Positions 49,669 through 59,894 of a DNA stretch of 64,000 nt are shown one piece after another. Position numbers and translations under genes: made by a program. This DNA is from Dehalococcoidia bacterium (GTDB taxonomy: Bacteria > Chloroflexota > Dehalococcoidia > Bin125): positions 1,696,001-1,760,000 of the forward strand of contig CAXXSR010000001.1 of the NCBI GenBank assembly GCA_963662615.2. The letters are read 5' to 3'. The notes under the pieces are model-generated. The model saw only the letters and a list, made by a program, of their open reading frames with translations. It was not told the DNA's origin and searched no databases. Every line of letters begins with the position of its first letter. Position 1 is the first letter of the stretch.

Positions 49669-51491
49669 AGGCTAGCGGGCACGTCCTGCACCGGTACGTG
49701 GGCGCCTTCGTCCAGGGGCTGGTGGAAGGCGGCGTCCGTGACGTCTGCCTGGCGCCCGGCTCGCGCTCCACCCCGCTCGCCCTCGAAGTCTGGCGGGACC
49801 CTCGCATCAGGGCGTGGCTCCACCTTGACGAACGCTCCTGCGGCTTCTTCGCGCTCGGCATCGCCAAGACGTCGCGCGCGCCGGTCGCGCTGGTCTGCAC
49901 CTCCGGGACGGCGGCGCTCAATTTTGCCCCGGCCGTCGCGGAGGCATCGGCGGCCCGCGTTCCCCTGGTCGTCCTGACGAGCGATCGACCGCCCGAGCTA
50001 CAGGATGTGGGGGCCGCGCAGAGCATGGATCAGACCCGCCTCTTTGGCTCGTTTGCGAAACGCTTTGTGGCGCTGCCCACGCCCGATCCGGCGCCCGCGC
50101 AGCTGCGCTACGCGCACCACGCGGGCGCCCGCGCCGCGGCAATCGCCGTGGCGACGCCCAGCGGGCCGGTGCACGTCAATCTGCCGTTTCGTGAACCGCT
50201 CATCCCCGCCGGCCACGACGAGCCCGCGGCACCAGCAACGGGGATCCGGCTCGACGATGGCAGTGCCGTTGAGCGCCCCTCGATCCGGCAGGCGCCGCGG
50301 CGACCGGAGGCCACGGACGTGACGTCCTACGTCGCGCAGCTTCGAGACGTTGAGCGGGGCATCATCGTTTGCGGGCCACAGAGCGACGCAGCGCTTCCCG
50401 CGCAAGTCGTGCAGCTGGCGCGGGTGCTCGGCTTCCCCATCCTCGCCGACGCCCTATCCGGGCTGCGCTGCGGCCGTCACGACCGCAACCTGGTCGTCGA
50501 CACCTACGACAGCTTCCTTCGCGATGCCCATGTGCAAGGCGTGTTGCGGCCGCAAGCGGTCATCCGGCTGGGGGCGACCCCGACTTCGAAGCCGCTGTTG
50601 CAGTTCCTTGAGTCGTCCGCCAACGGGCGGCCGGGCAGCGCCCCGCGCCCGCTCTTCCAGCTTCTGGTCACGGATGGGGAGGGGTGGAACGATCCTGCCC
50701 TGCTTCCGACCCAGGCGATCGCCGCGGATGCAGGCGCCTTCTGTCAGGCGTTCGGGGAGGCCTTGGCAGAGAGCGACCGGGAACATCCTGCCGGCAGATC
50801 GGATTGGGTCAAGCGCTGGCAGACGTGCGCCGAGGCGGCGCGGGCCGGGCTGATGGAGCACTGGCGCGACGACTCCTCGCTCTCCGAGCCGCGCGTCCTC
50901 AGCGAACTGGCCGACCTGCTGCCGGAGGGCGCCACCCTCTTCGTGAGCAACAGCATGCCGGTGCGCGACCTGGACGGCGTCATCAGCAATCAGCCCAAGG
51001 AGTTGCGGTTTCTGGCCAATCGCGGCGTGAACGGCATTGACGGGATCGTTTCGTCGGCGCTGGGCGCCTCCGTCGCGTGCGCGCAGCCGCTCGTGCTGGT
51101 GCTGGGCGATCTGGCGTTTTACCACGATATGAACGGCCTGCTCGCCGCGCAGCGACACTCGCTCAATGCCACGATCGTCGTGATCAACAACGACGGCGGC
51201 GGCGTCTTCTCCTTTCTGCCGCAGGCGCGCGAGGTGGAGGAGTTTGAGGATCTGTTCGGCACGCCGCACGGGCTCACGTTCGAGCACGCGGCGGCGCAAT
51301 ACGGGCTGGAGCACCGCCGCATTGACTCCGTGGACTTGTTCCGCGCGGCGGTCAACGACTCCATCAGCCGTCCCGGCGTCCAGATCATTGAAGTGCCGTC
51401 GGAGCGGCAAGCGAACGCGGCGTTGCACGATCGGATCTGGTCGCGGATCGCCGTTCGCGCCAGCGCCGCCCTGCGCGAGATCGACGCCTGA
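49647..51491 (+). CDS. menD: SEPHCHC synthase
   Basis: PGSRSTPL, DERSCGFFALG, CTSGTA, NSMPVRD, ANRGVNGIDG, GDLAFYHD, NNDGGGVF. Confidence 0.95.
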   Translation: MGAGGGLEASGHVLHRYVGAFVQGLVEGGVRDVCLAPGSRSTPLALEVWRDPRIRAWLHLDERSCGFFALGIAKTSRAPVALVCTSGTAALNFAPAVAEASAARVPLVVLTSDRPPELQDVGAAQSMDQTRLFGSFAKRFVALPTPDPAPAQLRYAHHAGARAAAIAVATPSGPVHVNLPFREPLIPAGHDEPAAPATGIRLDDGSAVERPSIRQAPRRPEATDVTSYVAQLRDVERGIIVCGPQSDAALPAQVVQLARVLGFPILADALSGLRCGRHDRNLVVDTYDSFLRDAHVQGVLRPQAVIRLGATPTSKPLLQFLESSANGRPGSAPRPLFQLLVTDGEGWNDPALLPTQAIAADAGAFCQAFGEALAESDREHPAGRSDWVKRWQTCAEAARAGLMEHWRDDSSLSEPRVLSELADLLPEGATLFVSNSMPVRDLDGVISNQPKELRFLANRGVNGIDGIVSSALGASVACAQPLVLVLGDLAFYHDMNGLLAAQRHSLNATIVVINNDGGGVFSFLPQAREVEEFEDLFGTPHGLTFEHAAAQYGLEHRRIDSVDLFRAAVNDSISRPGVQIIEVPSERQANAALHDRIWSRIAVRASAALREIDA

Positions 51492-52366
51492 TGCCGCGGA
51501 TCGCAGTGGACGACGTCCGGCTCCACGTCGAAGCGCACGGCGCCGGCAGGCCGCTCCTTCTTCTCCACGGATTCACGGGCAGCGCCCAGACGTGGAGGCC
51601 GTTCGTCGGCGCCTGGGACGGAGCCCGCACCATCGCGGTCGACCTCTTGGGGCACGGTCGCTCCGACAGTCCCGAGGAGGTTCCGCGCTACACGATGGAT
51701 CGGACGGTGGCCGATCTCACCACGGTGCTGGACCGTCTGTCCGTGCCTTCCGCAGTCGTGCTCGGGTACTCCCTGGGCGGGCGCGTGGCGCTGCGGCTGG
51801 CGCTCGCCGCCCCCGAGCGGGTCGGGGCGCTGATCCTGGAGAGTTCGTCAGCCGGCATTGAGACCGAGGGGGCGCGGCGAGCGCGCATCGCCGCCGACGA
51901 GGCACTGGCGACGCAGATCGACCAGGAGGGGATGGAAGCGTTCGTGCGCCACTGGGAGTCGTTGCCGCTGTGGGCGAGCCAGCGGCAGCTCACCGCCGCG
52001 GCGGCGCAGGCGCTGCGGCGACAGCGGCTTCGCAACGCGCCGCGCGGTCTCGCCAACAGCCTGCGCGGCTTGGGCGCCGGCCGCCAGGAGTCGCTTTGGG
52101 CGAAACTCGGGCGAATCGATGTCCCCACGCTGCTGCTGGCCGGCGAGCTGGACGAAGGATACAGGGCGATCGCGGCAAGAATGGCAGAGGCGCTGCCCCA
52201 GAGCCACTTGGAGGTCGTGCCCGGCGCCGGCCATGCAGTCCATCTGGAGCAGCCCTTGCAGTTTCGAGAGCGAGTGGGCCACCTTCTCGCCTCCCTGCCC
52301 CCCGAATCGCCCGCCGCAGCGCGCGCCGGCCAAGGCAGCGCGCCGGGCTATACAAGCGCCCCCTGA
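51491..52366 (+). CDS. menH: SHCHC synthase
   Basis: LHGFTGS, DLLGHG, GYSLGGR, HWESLPLW, AGHAVHLE. Confidence 0.93.
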   Translation: MPRIAVDDVRLHVEAHGAGRPLLLLHGFTGSAQTWRPFVGAWDGARTIAVDLLGHGRSDSPEEVPRYTMDRTVADLTTVLDRLSVPSAVVLGYSLGGRVALRLALAAPERVGALILESSSAGIETEGARRARIAADEALATQIDQEGMEAFVRHWESLPLWASQRQLTAAAAQALRRQRLRNAPRGLANSLRGLGAGRQESLWAKLGRIDVPTLLLAGELDEGYRAIAARMAEALPQSHLEVVPGAGHAVHLEQPLQFRERVGHLLASLPPESPAAARAGQGSAPGYTSAP

Positions 52367-52541
52367 TCAGCTATACAGAAGGCCGATTTTTCGGCGCTGC
52401 GATCAGATGGTGGCTGGGGTGCGGCACCGGCCGGGAGGCCTTGCGAGATTCGGCAGGTGTCAGCAGGAGACCGGGCAGTGAGGGCAGGCCACACGCGCAG
52501 CGCGCGGCGCGGCTCGCATCAGACTGACGAAGGAGGGACGA

Positions 52542-53933
52542 ATGCTTGAACTTGCGATCTTCCAGACCGGGCCGACGGACCTGCCCAGCGTCGCAGCGGA
52601 AGGGATCCGCGTGAACTCGGGCTCGTTGGCCCAGACGCACGAGAGCTTCCAACGGCAGGTAGTGACCCAGGTCCGCCAGGGCGTCCTGGCCGAGGAGCTG
52701 GGCTTCAACTACTGCTTCCCAACCGAGCACCACTTCCAGCCGGAGGGCGTGGAGTGCAGCCCCAATCCGCTGTTCATGGAGATGGCGATCGCCGCGCGGA
52801 CCAAGCGCATCCGCCTGGGGCAGATGGCCAACATCCTCTCCTGGCACCACCCGCTCCGGCTGGCGGAGCAGGCGGCCATGCTGGACGTCTTCAGCGGCGG
52901 CCGCCTGGAGTTCGGGGTCGGCCGCGGCTATCAGTCGCGCGAGACGGAGACCTTAGGCGGGCCGCTGGGCACCACGGTCCAGGACCAAGAGCGCAACCGC
53001 GCCTTCTTTGAGGAGGCGTTTCAGATCCTCCTCAAGGCCTGGACGGAGCCGTCCTTCTCCCACCAGGGCGAGTTCTTCAGCCTGCCGCCTACCTACACCA
53101 AGTGGAACCACAGCCAGACGATGGCCTACTTCAACCAGCCCCAGGTGGAGCGCAACGTGGACGACGTGCTCAACGTGGGGCCGCCGGACATGTACTCCAT
53201 GGGCGCGCCGGTCTACGCCAGCACCACCACGCTGAAGGAGATCAGCGTCTACCCGCAACCGCTGCAGAAGCCGCACCCGCAGATCTGGCAGCCCGTGACC
53301 AGCGCACGCTCCATTGACTGGGCGGCGATCCGCGGGGCGAACTGCTTCACGATCCCGGAGCCCAATTCGCGGGCGAAGGTCAACGTCGATCGCTACTACG
53401 AGCAGCTCGACAAGCACGGCTGGCCCGACCGCCTGAACCGCAAGGAGCCGTTCAAGTTCGGTTGGGACTCCGAGAAAGGGCGGGGCTTCCCGGTCGCGCG
53501 GTACATCCACGTCCTCCCCCGCGGCAAGGAGAAGGAGGACCTGCAACGGTACAAGGAGGGGCTTGAGGTCGCATGGCCGTTCTTCTCGCCCTTCGGCTTC
53601 GGCGCCATCCTCGCCGACGCGGACGAGCCGCCCTTCCCGCCCGACATGAAGATTACCGCCGACCTCACGATCGAGAAGGAGATCGTGATCGTCGGCACGG
53701 CCGACGAGGTCGTGGAGAAGGTCCTCCGGCTCAAGGAGACCGTGGGCTACGACGACTTCCTCTTGCCCGGTTGGTTCGAGATGGGCGGCTACAGCGGCGA
53801 GGAAATCGAGGAGCAGATGCGGACGTTCGCCGCTGACTGCGTCCCCCAGCTGGCGAAGGCCTGCGGCGGTCTCAAAGTGAACCCGGACGTCGCCCCGAAC
53901 CTGGAAGTCGGCGAGCCGGTCGCAGTTTCGTAA
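52542..53933 (+). CDS. LLM-class (luciferase-like) flavin-dependent monooxygenase
   Basis: LAEELGF..TEHHF, RTKRIRLG, HPLRLAEQAAMLD..SGGRLEFGVGRG, PQPLQKPHP. Confidence 0.92.
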   Translation: MLELAIFQTGPTDLPSVAAEGIRVNSGSLAQTHESFQRQVVTQVRQGVLAEELGFNYCFPTEHHFQPEGVECSPNPLFMEMAIAARTKRIRLGQMANILSWHHPLRLAEQAAMLDVFSGGRLEFGVGRGYQSRETETLGGPLGTTVQDQERNRAFFEEAFQILLKAWTEPSFSHQGEFFSLPPTYTKWNHSQTMAYFNQPQVERNVDDVLNVGPPDMYSMGAPVYASTTTLKEISVYPQPLQKPHPQIWQPVTSARSIDWAAIRGANCFTIPEPNSRAKVNVDRYYEQLDKHGWPDRLNRKEPFKFGWDSEKGRGFPVARYIHVLPRGKEKEDLQRYKEGLEVAWPFFSPFGFGAILADADEPPFPPDMKITADLTIEKEIVIVGTADEVVEKVLRLKETVGYDDFLLPGWFEMGGYSGEEIEEQMRTFAADCVPQLAKACGGLKVNPDVAPNLEVGEPVAVS

Positions 53934-53991
53934 CCAGAACGGCGGAGGAGCGGAGGCGCCGCCGCCGCCGCAGCGAGAGAGGAGTCGCGTA

Positions 53992-54828
53992 GTGGGAATC
54001 AAGCTCAAGGGCCTCAACCTGGGATACATGGGGATGGACTACGACCTGTTGGGCTTCCCCAACCCGGCGGAGGTCTTGTTGCCGGGGCGCTCCGAGGGCC
54101 GGCGAAAATGGTATCGCTGCCCCTCCATGGCGTTCATCATTGAGCACCCGGAAGGGCGGATCCTCTTCGATACGGGCATCTCCACCAACTTCAGCAAGGA
54201 ATGGCTCCCGGAGTGGCAGGGGATGATCGATCTCAGCGAAGTCTCAGCCGATACCCTGCTGGTGAGCGGCTTGAAGAGCGCGGGACTGGGGCCGGAAGAC
54301 TTCCGCTACGTGATCTCGAGCCACCTGCACGCGGACCACGCTGGCGGTCTGCGCAACTTCGAGGAGGCCGGGGCCGAGATCCTGGTGCACGAGGACGAGC
54401 ACAAGTTCGTCAGCAAGGTCTGGGAGGCCGAGAACTTTTTCGTCCGGGCCGACTGGGGCTTCCTGTCACGAAAGCGTCCCACGCTGATGTACGGCGACCA
54501 GGAGATCCTGAAGGACCTCTGGACAATCAGCCTGCCGGGGCACACGCCGGGTTCGATGGGGATCGTGACGAAGCTGGACCACACGGGCTGGGCGATCTTG
54601 ACCGGCGACGCGATCGCGACCCACGACGCCTACGGCCCGCCATACCTTCCCAATTTCGTGAACTTCAGCAATGAGAACGCCGCCGCCTCGATGACGAAGA
54701 TCGAGGGCATCGCCAAGGAGACGGACGCCTTCGTCTTCCCCGGGCACGACGAAACCGGGATCAACTACAACAAGGGGAAGATGGAGGTCAAGCAGGTCGA
54801 GTTCCTGCCCAACCACACCTACGAGTAA
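53992..54828 (+). CDS. Metallo-beta-lactamase-fold lactonase (AHL-lactonase-like family)
   Basis: ILFDTG, SHLHADHAGG, PGHTPG, LTGDA, PGHD. Confidence 0.88.
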   Translation: MGIKLKGLNLGYMGMDYDLLGFPNPAEVLLPGRSEGRRKWYRCPSMAFIIEHPEGRILFDTGISTNFSKEWLPEWQGMIDLSEVSADTLLVSGLKSAGLGPEDFRYVISSHLHADHAGGLRNFEEAGAEILVHEDEHKFVSKVWEAENFFVRADWGFLSRKRPTLMYGDQEILKDLWTISLPGHTPGSMGIVTKLDHTGWAILTGDAIATHDAYGPPYLPNFVNFSNENAAASMTKIEGIAKETDAFVFPGHDETGINYNKGKMEVKQVEFLPNHTYE

Positions 54829-54915
54829 GGACGTTGGGGCCACGCCGCAGCGGCGGCGGACGCGCAAATCGAGCGGCGCCAGTGCGATGCTGGCGCCGCT
54901 TTCTTGTCACGCACA

Positions 54916-56058
54916 ATGAGGATCAACCGGCTCCAGTGGGCGCCGTTTCGCCTTGCCTTCGTCACGCGCATGCGTCCGGTCGCCCCTGCGACAACTCTCC
55001 CCGCGCCCAGCCACCGCGAGGGTGTCGTCCTGCGGATCGTCACCGACGCCGGGGGCATTGGCCTCGGGCAGGGCCTCGGGGAGGCTTCGCCGCTGCCCGA
55101 GCGTGATCAAGGCACGGCCGCGGACGTCCTCGCCTTGCTGGCGGAGCATGCTCCCCGCTTCGTGGGATTGAGCGATGACGAAGCGCTCGCCGCGCTCGCT
55201 GAACTGGACCCCCAGCCCGGCCTCCGCGCCCTTGCCTGCGCATTCGACGTCGCCACCCTGGACGCGGCCGGGCGAGCGTCGGGCCGCCCGGTCGCGCAGC
55301 TGCTCCCCGGTGTGCAGAGCAGCCGCCTGGTGCCCGCCGTCGAGGTCAATGCCACCGTCGGCGAGGTGGACGCGGCTACCGCCGCCCGCGCCGCTGCGCG
55401 CGCCGCCGCCGCGGGCTTCCGCACCGTGAAGTTGAAAGTGGGCGGCAGCGAAGATGCGGCCGGGGAAGTCGCGCGGGTCTCGACGGTCCGCGAGGCGATG
55501 GGACCCCACGTCCGGCTTCGCCTGGACGCCAACGGGGCCTGGACGCCTCTCGAGGCGATCGGGCTAATCGAGCGTTTGGAACCGTTCCAGCTGGAATGGG
55601 TGGAGCAGCCGGTGGCCGCGGACGATCTGGACGGGCTGCAGCGCGTTCACGCGGCCGTCTCTACGCCCATTGCCGCGGATGAGAGCGTGCGATCCCTGGA
55701 CGACGCACGCCGGCTCATCGACGCCGCCGCCGCCGACGTGCTCGTGCTCAAGCCCATGTCCCTGGGCGGTCTGCGGCCCTCGTGGGAGGTTGCCCGACTC
55801 GCGTCGGGGACGAGCGTTCGCGTCGTCGTTACGACTACGATCGACGCCGGCGTCGCTACGGCCGCGGCGCTGCATCTGGCGGCGGCGATTCCAGGAGAGA
55901 TTCCCGCCAGCGGCCTGGCCACGGGGAGCCTGCTGGAGGATGATCTGCTGGAGACGCCACTGTCGATCGCGAATGGCCGCATGGACGTGCCCCAAGGCGG
56001 CGGATTGGGCATCGCGCTCAATCCTGCCTCCAGACTCGCCTGGACCGGCGTCCCCTGA
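54916..56058 (+). CDS. menC: o-succinylbenzoate synthase
   Basis: GEASPLP, VNATVG, KLKVG, RLDANGAW, EQP, AADES, VLKP..GG, GLATG. Confidence 0.88.
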   Translation: MRINRLQWAPFRLAFVTRMRPVAPATTLPAPSHREGVVLRIVTDAGGIGLGQGLGEASPLPERDQGTAADVLALLAEHAPRFVGLSDDEALAALAELDPQPGLRALACAFDVATLDAAGRASGRPVAQLLPGVQSSRLVPAVEVNATVGEVDAATAARAAARAAAAGFRTVKLKVGGSEDAAGEVARVSTVREAMGPHVRLRLDANGAWTPLEAIGLIERLEPFQLEWVEQPVAADDLDGLQRVHAAVSTPIAADESVRSLDDARRLIDAAAADVLVLKPMSLGGLRPSWEVARLASGTSVRVVVTTTIDAGVATAAALHLAAAIPGEIPASGLATGSLLEDDLLETPLSIANGRMDVPQGGGLGIALNPASRLAWTGVP

Positions 56059-56204
56059 AGCGCCGCGGACGGCGATTCCGGCCGGCTCTCCTGCGGGCGG
56101 ACGGGGCACCTCGCGGCCTCCGTCATCGGCGCCAGTCGCGCGCTCGGACGAGCGCTTGACCGCGGTCACGTCGCCTGTCAGGCTTGCCGCGACATTGCCG
56201 TTGA

Positions 56205-56291
56205 GGCGTTCTGCGGGGGAAGTCCGGTGCGAATCCGGCGCTGTCCCGCAACGGTGACTCATCCGAGAAGTCCGACCGCCTGCCGAACGCC
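56205..56291 (+). ncRNA. Cobalamin riboswitch, compact form
   Basis: GGGAAGTCCGGTGCGAATCCGGCGCTGTCCCGCAACGGTGA core and AAGTCCGACCGCCTGCC B12 box, closed by GGCGTTC/GAACGCC. Upstream of btuCD-like genes. Confidence 0.9.
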
Positions 56292-56332
56292 GTCGCCTGG
56301 ATGTGGCCTTCGCGGAAAGGCCGGGGCGCCGC

Positions 56333-56364
56333 GCGACTCGCCGCCCCGGCCGAGTCGCTTTTTT
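56333..56364 (+). terminator. Intrinsic terminator of the riboswitch expression platform
   Basis: GCGACTCG-loop-CGAGTCGC followed by T6. Confidence 0.8.
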
Positions 56365-56651
56365 ATTGCCGCATGACCGGGGCTCAAGGCTCCGGCCGTG
56401 CCTTCCCCCCGCGAGGGAGAAGGACGGAGGAGCCACAGGAACGTGCGAGGGCCCGACCGTCGGCATCGCTCTCCGTCAGCGGACGCGGGCACCCGGGTGG
56501 CCGCACCCCGGCGCGCTGCCGGTGACCCGGGCGTCTCGGCATGGGACGCGCCTGCCCCTGAAGTCGGGCCCTCCTGCGCGACCTCGCGCCTACGCCAAAC
56601 CTCTATCGCAATCGCGCGCGGGACGCGGCGCCCGGCCCCCGGCGGCCGACG

Positions 56652-57746
56652 ATGACCGCGATCCGGCTCCCGCTCAAGCGCCCGCAGTCGCTCCTCCAAA
56701 CGTCGGGGGGGCTGACGCTCTTTTTTGGACTCGGTCTGGCGCTGCTGGCTGCGGTTATCGCCCTCGCGACCGCGTCGGGCAGCGCCGGCATCCCGCTGGG
56801 CAGCACCGTTCGCGTCCTCATCGACGCGCTGCCGCTGGTCCAGTTGGATCAGACCTGGACCGACGCCGAGGCGACCATTCTTCTCCAGATTCGGCTCCCC
56901 AGAGTGGTCGCTGCCGCGTTGGTGGGCGCGGCCCTGAGCGCGTCCGGCGTCGTTTTCCAGGGCGTCTTCCGGAACCCGCTCGTGGACCCGTACATCATTG
57001 GCGCCAGTAGCGGCGCGGCGTTCGCGGCGGTGATCGGCTTCCTCATCGCTCCGCAGGCCGGCTTTATCGTCTACGGCTTCTCCTGGGTGCCGGCCCTGGC
57101 GTTCGTGGGCAGTGTCACGACGGTGATCGTCGTGTACGGAATCGCCAGAAGCGGCGGCCGCGTCGCCGTGACGACACTCCTGCTGGCGGGCCTAGCGGTG
57201 GGCGCCTTCCTCACGGCCCTGATGTCGTTCATCATGCTGAGCCAGTCCGACGCGCAATTCCGCCTGGGTGCGATCCTCTCGTGGCTGCTGGGCGGCGTGG
57301 GCACGGTGGGCTGGAATCAGTTCATTCTGCTGGTGCCGTTCATCGCCGGGGGCCTGCTGGTGGCGCGAGCCCTCGCGCAACCGCTGAACGTTTTTGCCCT
57401 GGGCGAGGAGCAGGCAGGCGCGTTGGGCGTGTCGGTGGAGCGCACGAAGCTCGCTCTGATCGGCGCCTCCTCGTTGATGACGGCCGCGGCCGTCGCCGCC
57501 GCCGGCTTGGTCGGATTCGTGGGACTCGTGGTGCCCCACATGATGCGCCTGCTCCTCGGCCCCAATCATCGCCGCCTGCTCTGGGCGGCGAGCCTCTACG
57601 GCGCCGGCTTCGTCGTGCTGGCCGACCTGGTGGCGCGGACACTCCTTTCGCCCCAAGAGATCCCGCTCGGCGTGATCACGGGCATCGTGGGCGCTCCGTT
57701 CTTCTTGCTCCTGCTGCGGCAGGCGAAGGGCCGCTATGCATTCTGA
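56652..57746 (+). CDS. btuC: FecCD/BtuC-family ABC permease (cobalamin uptake)
   Basis: IRLPRV, QGVFRNPLVDP..GASSGA, LGEEQAGALGV, GFVGLVVPH, EIPLG. Lies under a B12 riboswitch. Confidence 0.85.
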   Translation: MTAIRLPLKRPQSLLQTSGGLTLFFGLGLALLAAVIALATASGSAGIPLGSTVRVLIDALPLVQLDQTWTDAEATILLQIRLPRVVAAALVGAALSASGVVFQGVFRNPLVDPYIIGASSGAAFAAVIGFLIAPQAGFIVYGFSWVPALAFVGSVTTVIVVYGIARSGGRVAVTTLLLAGLAVGAFLTALMSFIMLSQSDAQFRLGAILSWLLGGVGTVGWNQFILLVPFIAGGLLVARALAQPLNVFALGEEQAGALGVSVERTKLALIGASSLMTAAAVAAAGLVGFVGLVVPHMMRLLLGPNHRRLLWAASLYGAGFVVLADLVARTLLSPQEIPLGVITGIVGAPFFLLLLRQAKGRYAF

Positions 57747-58587
57747 GCGGGGAGAAGCGGCATTGTGCCTCTCCGATGTGCACTTTGCCTATGCCAAGAA
57801 GCCCGTGCTGCGCGGGCTCTCGCTGGACGTCGCTCGGGGCGAGATGGTCGCGCTGCTGGGGCCGAACGGATCGGGCAAGACCACGATCTTGCGTCTGCTC
57901 ACCGGCGCCCTGCGGGCGCAGGCCGGCGCCATCTCCATCGACGGGCGCCGACGGCAGGCGTACAGCCGGCGTGCGCTGGCCCAACGGATCGCCGTCGTGC
58001 CGCAGGAGCTGTACGTCACCTTCGACTTTCCGGTGCGCGAACTCGTCCTCATGGGCCGCGCGCCTCACCTGCCCTGGTGGCGCGAGGAGGGGCCGGACGA
58101 CCGTCGGATCGCGCAGCGCGCGATGGCGGACACCGGCACCGAGGAGCTTGCCGAGCGGCGCTTTTGGGACCTCTCCGGAGGCGAACGGCAGCGGGTCGTG
58201 GTGGCAATGGCCCTGGCGCAGCAGCCGCGCATCTTGCTGCTCGACGAACCGACCCACAACCTCGACATCGCGCATCAGGCCGCGATCTTTGACCTGATCC
58301 GCCGTCTCAACCGCGAACGCGGGGTCACCGTTTTCGCGGCGATCCACGACATCAATCTCGCCGCGCTGTATTGCGACCGGCTGATCCTGCTCCGGGAAGG
58401 CCGGGTCATGGTGGAAGGCCCTCCCGAGGCTGTCGTGACTGAAGCGAATCTGCGCCGTGGCTACGGCGCCGCAGTGCAAGTCTTCCCGCATCCGCTGTCA
58501 AGGCGGCCGCAAGTGGCGTTGGTGCCTGCGGGGGCTCTGCCGCGCGGTGAGCCGGGCAGCCCGGTCACACCCGGTATTTCTCAATGA
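57736..58587 (+). CDS. btuD: BtuD/FecE-family ABC ATPase
   Basis: GPNGSGKT, LSGGERQR, LLDEPTHNLD, HDINLA. Confidence 0.85.
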   Translation: MHSERGEAALCLSDVHFAYAKKPVLRGLSLDVARGEMVALLGPNGSGKTTILRLLTGALRAQAGAISIDGRRRQAYSRRALAQRIAVVPQELYVTFDFPVRELVLMGRAPHLPWWREEGPDDRRIAQRAMADTGTEELAERRFWDLSGGERQRVVVAMALAQQPRILLLDEPTHNLDIAHQAAIFDLIRRLNRERGVTVFAAIHDINLAALYCDRLILLREGRVMVEGPPEAVVTEANLRRGYGAAVQVFPHPLSRRPQVALVPAGALPRGEPGSPVTPGISQ

Positions 58588-59707
58588 AGCCGGCATCCAG
58601 CTCCAGCCCCAATCCGGGGCCCTCCGGCGCCGGGTAGAGACCGTTCCGGAAAGCAGGGCGATTCGCCAGCAGCCCCCAGAAGACGGGATCGCGCTCTGGG
58701 TGGAAGCACTCGGCGTAGGTCCCGTGCGGGATCGCGCCCAGGAGATGCACGGAGACGTGCGGCTCCTCGTGATGCGCCATGCGGATGTCGAATGCGGCTG
58801 CCATGGCGGCGATGTTGCGCCACTCCGTGGGCCCGCCAACCATAGAGACATCCGCGTTGCAGAAGTCAATGGCGGCGTCGACCATCAGGTCGCGGATGGG
58901 CCCGCGCGCGACTTCGCTCTGACCGGCCGCCGTGGGCAGCCCACCGATTAGGCGCACGTCCCGCATCAGCCGGCGGTCGTTGTCCCAGGCGCAGGGCTCC
59001 TCCAACCAGAGGAGGTCAAGGTCACGGGTCAGTCGAACGAATTCAATCGCCTCCTCGCGGCTGTAGCCCTGGTTGGCATCCGCCATCAGGAGGAAGTCGG
59101 GGCCGGCCGCTTCGCGCGCCACACGGATACGCTCGGCGTCTTCCTGCGGCGAGCGGCCACCCACCTTGAACTTGCAGCCGGCGAAGCCGATCTCGTGATA
59201 CGACTCCATTTCCCGCACGATGTCTTGGCGCGACGGGGCGTAGTAGCCGCCAATGACGATCACCGGCACGGCGTCGCGATAGCCTCCCCAGAGCTGGTAG
59301 AGGGGCACGCCGAAGCGCTTGCCGATCGCGTCCCAGATCGCGGTGTCGACGCAGGCGATCGCCTGCATGGTGAGGACGCGGTTGCGGCGGATGTCGTCGG
59401 TGGCGCCGAAGAACGCCTCCCAGCATCCCTGGACGTTGAGGACGTCGCGCTCGAGAGCCAGCGGCGTCAGAACATCCCGGATGATCTCGACGATCCCGGC
59501 CTGCTCGAGATCGCTGTCGCCAAGATACGCCTCCCCCACGATGCCGCCGCGCGTGTACACCCGAGTGATGATGGTGCGGCGCGTATCGATGGCGTAGCCG
59601 CTGCCGCGAAACGTCCGCTGCAGCTCCACGCGGAGCGGGATCACCTCAATGCGCTCCACTCGGAGATCCTCGCTCACGACCCCGGCCGTCGTCGATTGTG
59701 AGACCAT
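58565..59707 (-). CDS. Mandelate racemase/muconate lactonizing enzyme family protein
   Basis: VDTAIWD, KFKVGG, DANQG, EEP, GQSE, PGLG. Confidence 0.9.
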   Translation of the reverse strand: MVSQSTTAGVVSEDLRVERIEVIPLRVELQRTFRGSGYAIDTRRTIITRVYTRGGIVGEAYLGDSDLEQAGIVEIIRDVLTPLALERDVLNVQGCWEAFFGATDDIRRNRVLTMQAIACVDTAIWDAIGKRFGVPLYQLWGGYRDAVPVIVIGGYYAPSRQDIVREMESYHEIGFAGCKFKVGGRSPQEDAERIRVAREAAGPDFLLMADANQGYSREEAIEFVRLTRDLDLLWLEEPCAWDNDRRLMRDVRLIGGLPTAAGQSEVARGPIRDLMVDAAIDFCNADVSMVGGPTEWRNIAAMAAAFDIRMAHHEEPHVSVHLLGAIPHGTYAECFHPERDPVFWGLLANRPAFRNGLYPAPEGPGLGLELDAGFIEKYRV

Positions 59708-59894
59708 GGCAGCTCCAACTCCTTTCGCTACGCCGCCCCCTCGCGACGCCCAGCGCCTCGTGGGCATAGCGGAGCGAATTGTACTCCTCGCTGAGGAAAC
59801 GGTGCAGATGGGACGCGGGATGTTGGGGGGCTGAGAATGGGCTCCGAGCGCGTGGAGCCAGACGCCGCGTGCTGAGACGAGGAGGGCTGTCACG

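Noticed and set aside
53992-54828. Quorum-quenching AHL lactonase or beta-lactamase
   Set aside because: The HxHxDH fold is shared by many lactonases; no context supports either specific role.
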